A DNA stretch of 64,000 bases from Rhizophagus irregularis (taxonomy: Eukaryota): NCBI RefSeq assembly GCF_026210795.1, contig NC_089432.1, forward strand, positions 5,642,001 to 5,706,000, in the 5' to 3' direction. The position numbers were made by a program, and so were the translations under genes. This document shows, one piece after another, positions 58,377 to 64,000 of the stretch; within the stretch, counting starts at the first letter, position 1; each line of letters opens with the position of its first letter. The notes under the pieces were generated by a model that did no database searches, was not told the origin of the DNA, and was given only the letters and a program-made list of their open reading frames with translations.

Positions 58377-58799
58377 ATGAGTGTATTTTTTTATTTAGAA
58401 TTTTTAATCAAAATAGATCTTTCTAATTATTTTATATTTTATTAATTCAGAAAAATATGTAATAAATTAAATAAATATATTAAATAAATAAATAAATTAA
58501 TGATAAACCTATTAATAAATAAATAAATATAACAATAAATATTGTTAAGGATTCCTTAATGGTAAATTTGGGATCTTTAAGGATTCTATAAAAATTTTAT
58601 GATAGGGAATTCTCGCTGGTGGGAAAGGTTCCTTAGAGATCCTTACTAATTACAGGATTTTTGGAATCCCTAAGGATCCGCGTCCCAAAAAATTTACTGA
58701 TAAAAGCTTTATACAAAATCGGCATATAAGTTTAAATTTTACTATAAAATATACAATTTCAGATCTGAGTTTATGTAAAATCAAATTTTTATTTAATAC

Positions 58800-61700
58800 A
58801 TTAGTTTTGTGTAATTATACAAATTATTTCTTCTTTTTTAAAAAAATTGTAACAAGTTTTTGCTTTATCTGATAATTGAAGAGTATTGTCAAATATCTGT
58901 ATATTCTATATATCTAAATGATAAAGAACATTTTTTGGACATTGATGTGTAATTAAAACATAACCTCCTTCAATCTCAGCTGAAAAAATATTGCGAATAG
59001 AAGTAAAAACTTTTAGGGTTAAATATGATATATTTTCAATATCTGTAATTAGTTCCTGATTATAAAAATGATATCCATATGCTTTGTAAAAACTAGAAAT
59101 TACTTATCCAATACAAAGTTGTATTCCATAATAAATTATAATGTAATCTTGTTCATTAAGAGAATTGTCCTGATTAATATTTGCAAATTCTATATTTTAA
59201 CTATAAATAAAATTGAATTAAAAAATTATAATTTTAATAAATATTAATATAAAGCAATTTAAACTTACTTAAATGTTGATTACTAGATAAAATTTTTTGC
59301 CATTTTTTTGATTGTTCTTTTTCATAAAAATTGGCAATAGATTGACTTATAAGTTTTCATTCATTCTTCCATCTTTTTTCTCACTATTTAATAAACCACA
59401 TTTCAGCATTTCCATTTTTAGTAACAAATATCATATCATCGAAATCTTAAAATAATTTAAAAAAAAAAATTTAGATTTTTCTAAAAAGAAAGTTTTAAAT
59501 TTAATATATATAATAAAATATAGCAACCTACACTGATTGTATTTTCTGTTTCATTTAAGTCAATAAAAGAAAGTTATTTTCTACATTCATTTAAAGACAA
59601 GTTTCTACTTTCTTCATCTATATCCATTTCGTTTCTTTTATTTTCTTTCTGTTTCAAAAGGTCCACTTTTTTAGCAGCATGACTAATTGTTTGAGAAAGA
59701 CTACTATTTGATAGATTTTCATTTGAATTCTCACTATCCTGCATATTTTCATCATTTGAATCAGAAATTTCCATATCATTAGAATTTATTAAAACATATG
59801 GCCAAAATGAATTAATAAGTACAATGTTAGATATTAACATTTCCAAATATTTGGCAAGATTGCATGCTATTTGACGTGATTGATCAAATATATAATGAAT
59901 TTGATCATTTTTGATAAAATTTTGATTATATTTGAATTGGTACCTTAAAATAAATTGAATAACTTAATTTTAATATTTTATATATACTGATATATATTAT
60001 AATATATATAAAAAAGTGTTTCACTAATCTTCACATACAGATTTATCTTTGTTAAAAGATATTTCCTTTGAATTTAAAGCTTTTATATAGTGACCTATTT
60101 TTGGTACCATTTCTAACAACTCTGCGAAGTCAAAATCAGCATTAATCTGTCATACTGCACCAAAAAAATGCTCACACATTTCCAAACCATGTATCCAAGG
60201 AACAAGGGGATATTGATTATAGAAATCTCTATGAGCTTTTACAAGTAAAACTATTAAAGTAAGTATTGCAAATATTTGAAGTGCAATAAAGTTCTAGTTG
60301 ATAAATATAAATTTAAGGTATTTTTATGCTAATGTGTTTATATGGAATCGCTAAATCTGTAAAAAAAAATAGGATATCATCACCATTCTTATTCGTTCAA
60401 TAGGAGTAATATTTTGATTCAAATAACTATCAACTAATTCACTTACATCATTGATAAAAGGTAATTAATTTTAATTTATCATTTTATCATAAAGTGTTTG
60501 AATATTTACCAATTATAAATAAATATATAAATGTTTCTTCAAATTCAGATTTAATTTTATTATTAGAATCAAGACAACACATCAGATTTTTAGGACAGAA
60601 AATTTGATAAGCAGCGCCATCATCTTGTCGATCAAATTTATATATATCACTTTTATACATAGGACTTTCAGAGTGAGTGAGCAATTTCGCAAAATGTTTA
60701 AATCCCACAGTAGAACGATTAAGTGTAAGAACCTATGTACCTGATACGTCCCATTTTTTTTGCATGTTTGGGATCCTGGATTCGTATTACTGGTCTGACA
60801 CTTAGAAAAATTGGACAATTAAAATCAATATTATATGGTATGTAACTTATTCTAAGTCTACTAGAAGTTGATATTTGTTGAACTTGGGTTTGTGTATTAA
60901 ATTCAACTTGTGTACTATTAGAGCCAATCAAAATTATGTGTAATTGTATATCCAATATTAATTTCGTTTTATCAGATCTAAGATTAAGAAGAAGACTAAT
61001 AATAACAAAAGGAAATTTTGGCAATGGGACCTAATATTTGATTTAAGTTATCAACTGTATTAACCCTAATGAATTATTAATTTCAATTTTAACTTACTTG
61101 TAATATATATGCTCTCACATATTTGGCAACAGCATTATTCTCTTTAATTTTATTAATTGTGATTGAAATATCATCATATGTATTAATATTTGTTTCATTA
61201 TTTGAAAATGTAGAGCCAATAATACATCCCATTTGTGACGAATATCAAAGACGAGGTCTTAATTTAGTATTGTCTGACATGGCTGCAATTGGTCTATTAT
61301 AACCAACAGAGTCCAAAAATCATTTGAACTGAGCCATATTTTCAAAACAGAGAGTTGGATTTGTTAGCATGTCTTTAGAATTAGAACGCAAACGCCTAAA
61401 AGTAAAATTCATTGTTATAACATATATAATATATTTATTATACAATAAATATATGTTTCCATATCTAATACTTTGAATTGTTAACCTCTAGATTTTGCCA
61501 AAATAAATCTACTAATACACGTACGAGAACTATAGGTACCAAGAATCACAAGAAAATTTTTAAATTTCTCGTTATATTTCAAATTTCATGTAGTTATATT
61601 TTTTTCTTTTTGAATTACAGCTTGTAATATGTTATTACAAAGATTCTCAAAAACTGGCTTTTTATCAAAAGCATCTTGGATTCCTTTTTCTGCCAATTTT

Positions 61701-64000
61701 AGCCAAACATCAGATGCTGTAGTGGATTCATTATCTTTGATCATTGACCAAATGATAGTAAGGTCAGAATACTTCAGATAATTTTTTAGAGGGTTATTTC
61801 GTAATAATATTTTGCGGTATATTTCAGCTTTGAAGTGAGTGGTTTTACTATAGCAATTCGATTTTGTAAAATTTTATTATATTTTAAACTAAAACTAAAG
61901 CTCCGAATGGGTCGGTTTGGTCCGGATTATAGACAGTTCGGATTAGAGCCAAAATCCGTAAGAACCGAACTGAAAAACTGGCGGTTCGGTTCAGTTTAAT
62001 CCGATTTTTATAAAAATGCGAAAAATCGAATAGCCGTCCATCTAGTGATCGTACAAAGTCGAGCCATATATCATTGGATTCGTCTCGACGAGACGCGTCG
62101 AATGGTGGTAAGATCATGTCTCTAGCATCGAAAGATCACACGTTAACCCACGCTAAATTATTTATAAATAATTGGAATTAGCAAGCTATCTATCGATGCT
62201 AGAGACATGATCTTAGCATCATTCGACGCGTCTCAGTGAGACGAATCCAATGAATATAAATTCGCTCGTGTATGACCACTGGATGGCGAATAATATCAAG
62301 TTTCGCATTTTTTTAAAATTTTTGAGCGTTAAAAATTAAAAATTCTGATACATGAATTTATTCGTCGTCCAATGGTCGTACAAATATAAATTAGGACTCA
62401 TTGGATTCGTCTTAATGAGACGAGTCGAATGGTGGTGAGATCATGTCTCTAGCATCAATAGATCGTAAGTTAATTCACGCTAAATGATTTATAAAAAATT
62501 GGCATTAGCAAGCTATCTATCGATGCTAGAGACGTGATCTTACCACCATTCGACTCGTCTCATTGAGACGAATCCAATGAGTCCTAATTCATATTTGTAT
62601 AACCATTGGACGACGAATAAATTCATGTATCGGAATTTTTAATTTTTAACGCTCAAAAATTTTAAAAAAATGCGAAACTTGATATTATTCGCCATCCAGT
62701 GGTCATACACGAACAAATTTATATTCATTGGATTCGTCTCACGGAGACGCGTCGAATGGTGCTAAGGTCATGTCTCTAGCATCGATAGATAGCTTGCTAA
62801 TTCCAATTATTTATAAATAATTTAGCGTGGGTTAACGTGTGATCTATCGATGCTAGAGACATGATCCTACCACCATTCGACGCGTCTCGTCGAGACGAAT
62901 CCAATGATATATGGCTCGACTTTGTACGATCACTAGATAGCTGGCTATTCGATTTTTCGCATTTTTATAAAAAATCAGATTAAACCGAACCAAACCGCCG
63001 GTTTTTCGGTTCTAATACCCGAACCGAACCGAACCGAATTTTGAGCCTGTTTTGGATCGGTTCCCCGGTTTAGCCCGAACCATTCGGAGCTTTAACTAAA
63101 ACACTCATTACAAATCATTTGAGTAGTATATCCTTTGCATTTCATAGAACGAACACAATTACCTTGATTGAATTAATAAAAAATAATTAATCAAACTTTT
63201 CTTGTATTATCATACAACTAAAAACAGGATTGACTTACAATTACGATCAATTTTCCATACTGCTTCTGCATATAATTAACGATTTAACTGACATTTTTGT
63301 GAACAATCCAATTTCTTACGTGAAAAATTACTTGGAAAAAGATTTGGAAAAAGTTCTTTTGCAACAACTTCAACTCTTCTGATTCCACCAAATTAAGCAG
63401 GAGTACGACTGATATATTTACAGATAACATTAGATCAGTATTAGATCTAAGTTCAGGACAAGATTTTTTGATAAAGTTATCATATCATCATCACTTAAAA
63501 TTTTATCTTCACAATTATTTTCCACATCACTTATTTCGTCAACATTAAACAAATCATCATCATTCATTTTTTCATCATCGTCACTTTTCCATTTTTCAGC
63601 ACTGCTAACATCATCATTTTTAATTTTTTTGATTTAAAAACTAGTTTAAAATAATTTAGGATCGACTGAACTCCTTATTTAGCCAAACATTTTTTACCAT
63701 TAACATGAATATTTAAAAAAGTTTTATCATAGTGATGACCTAGTTTGATAACTTTGCTACAATGACAAATAACTTCTTTCATTCGAACAATATGAGCACA
63801 ATATGAATGTTTTGCAAGTCTTTCTTTACTATATTTTCAAAGTAGCGGCATTTTTCAAGAAAATGTATACCAATTTTTTTTTCTGATCCATTTTTTATTT
63901 TTACAGAAAAGCAACGGACTAAACTAAAAAAGTATGTAACCCATTAATTATAAGACAATAATCATAAAATTAGAGTATTGTAGTGAACTTGTATAAACAA
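58800..64000 (-). pseudogene. Decayed multi-exon transposase-like gene (P-element/THAP9-like); runs off the window, boundaries approximate
   Basis: Fragments IQDPKHAKK..R, DRQDDGAAYQIF and WIHGLEMCEHFFGAV*Q parallel the D..H..K..RN and E..F...R motifs of P-type transposases. Many stops; interrupted by the element at 61896. Confidence 0.55.
61896..63094. mobile_element. Young non-autonomous hAT-type element with a giant internal palindrome
   Basis: TIR TAAAGCTCCGAATGG / CCATTCGGAGCTTTA. Perfect TSD ACTAAAAC. CCGAA/TTCGG subterminal motifs. Internal inverted arms of ~470 bp. Confidence 0.95.

Larger units (their letters stand above)
51621..58702. mobile_element. 7.08-kb non-autonomous TIR element (CMC-like?) carrying an intron/micro-exon array and nested elements
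   Basis: TIR CATCAGTAAATTTTTTGG / CCAAAAAATTTACTGATA. 4-bp TSD AAAG (51617-51620, 58703-58706). Subterminal CCTTAAGGA(T) palindromes at both ends. Confidence 0.82.

Noticed and set aside
62072..62906. CRISPR-like array of palindromic repeats with spacers
   Set aside because: Repeats alternate in orientation and the spacers are copies or reverse complements of each other. There are no cas genes, the context is eukaryotic, and the array lies inside a TIR/TSD-bounded element.

Overview
Very AT-rich eukaryotic DNA with short GT-AG introns. It is fungal and most consistent with an arbuscular mycorrhizal fungus (Glomeromycotina, Rhizophagus-like); this is inferred from composition, gene style and repeat content. 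Two small islands hold intact housekeeping genes: DUF952, a PEX26-like gene and PP1/GLC7 at 17.8-22.7 kb, and MCM6, a syntaxin and VTS1 at 36.7-48.1 kb. They sit among nested, mostly decayed transposons: a full-length 9.6-kb RNase H-bearing LINE with a perfect 15-bp TSD, a 7.1-kb CACTA element with two divergent ORFs, a pogo/Tigger element, Sola-, Zator- and P-like transposase relics, and more than a dozen MITEs with readable TIRs and TSDs. The most unusual structure is a 7.08-kb TIR element (51621-58702). Its native body is a tandem array of about 11-12 spliceosomal-intron plus 6-43 nt micro-exon units with no evident ORF, which looks like a transposon-borne, heavily spliced non-coding transcript. 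Also notable are two MITE insertions whose TSD duplicates a splice donor, a young MITE filled with a six-unit nested palindrome, and a syntaxin with a mucin-like tail after its transmembrane anchor. All calls are by eye; no database searches were run.
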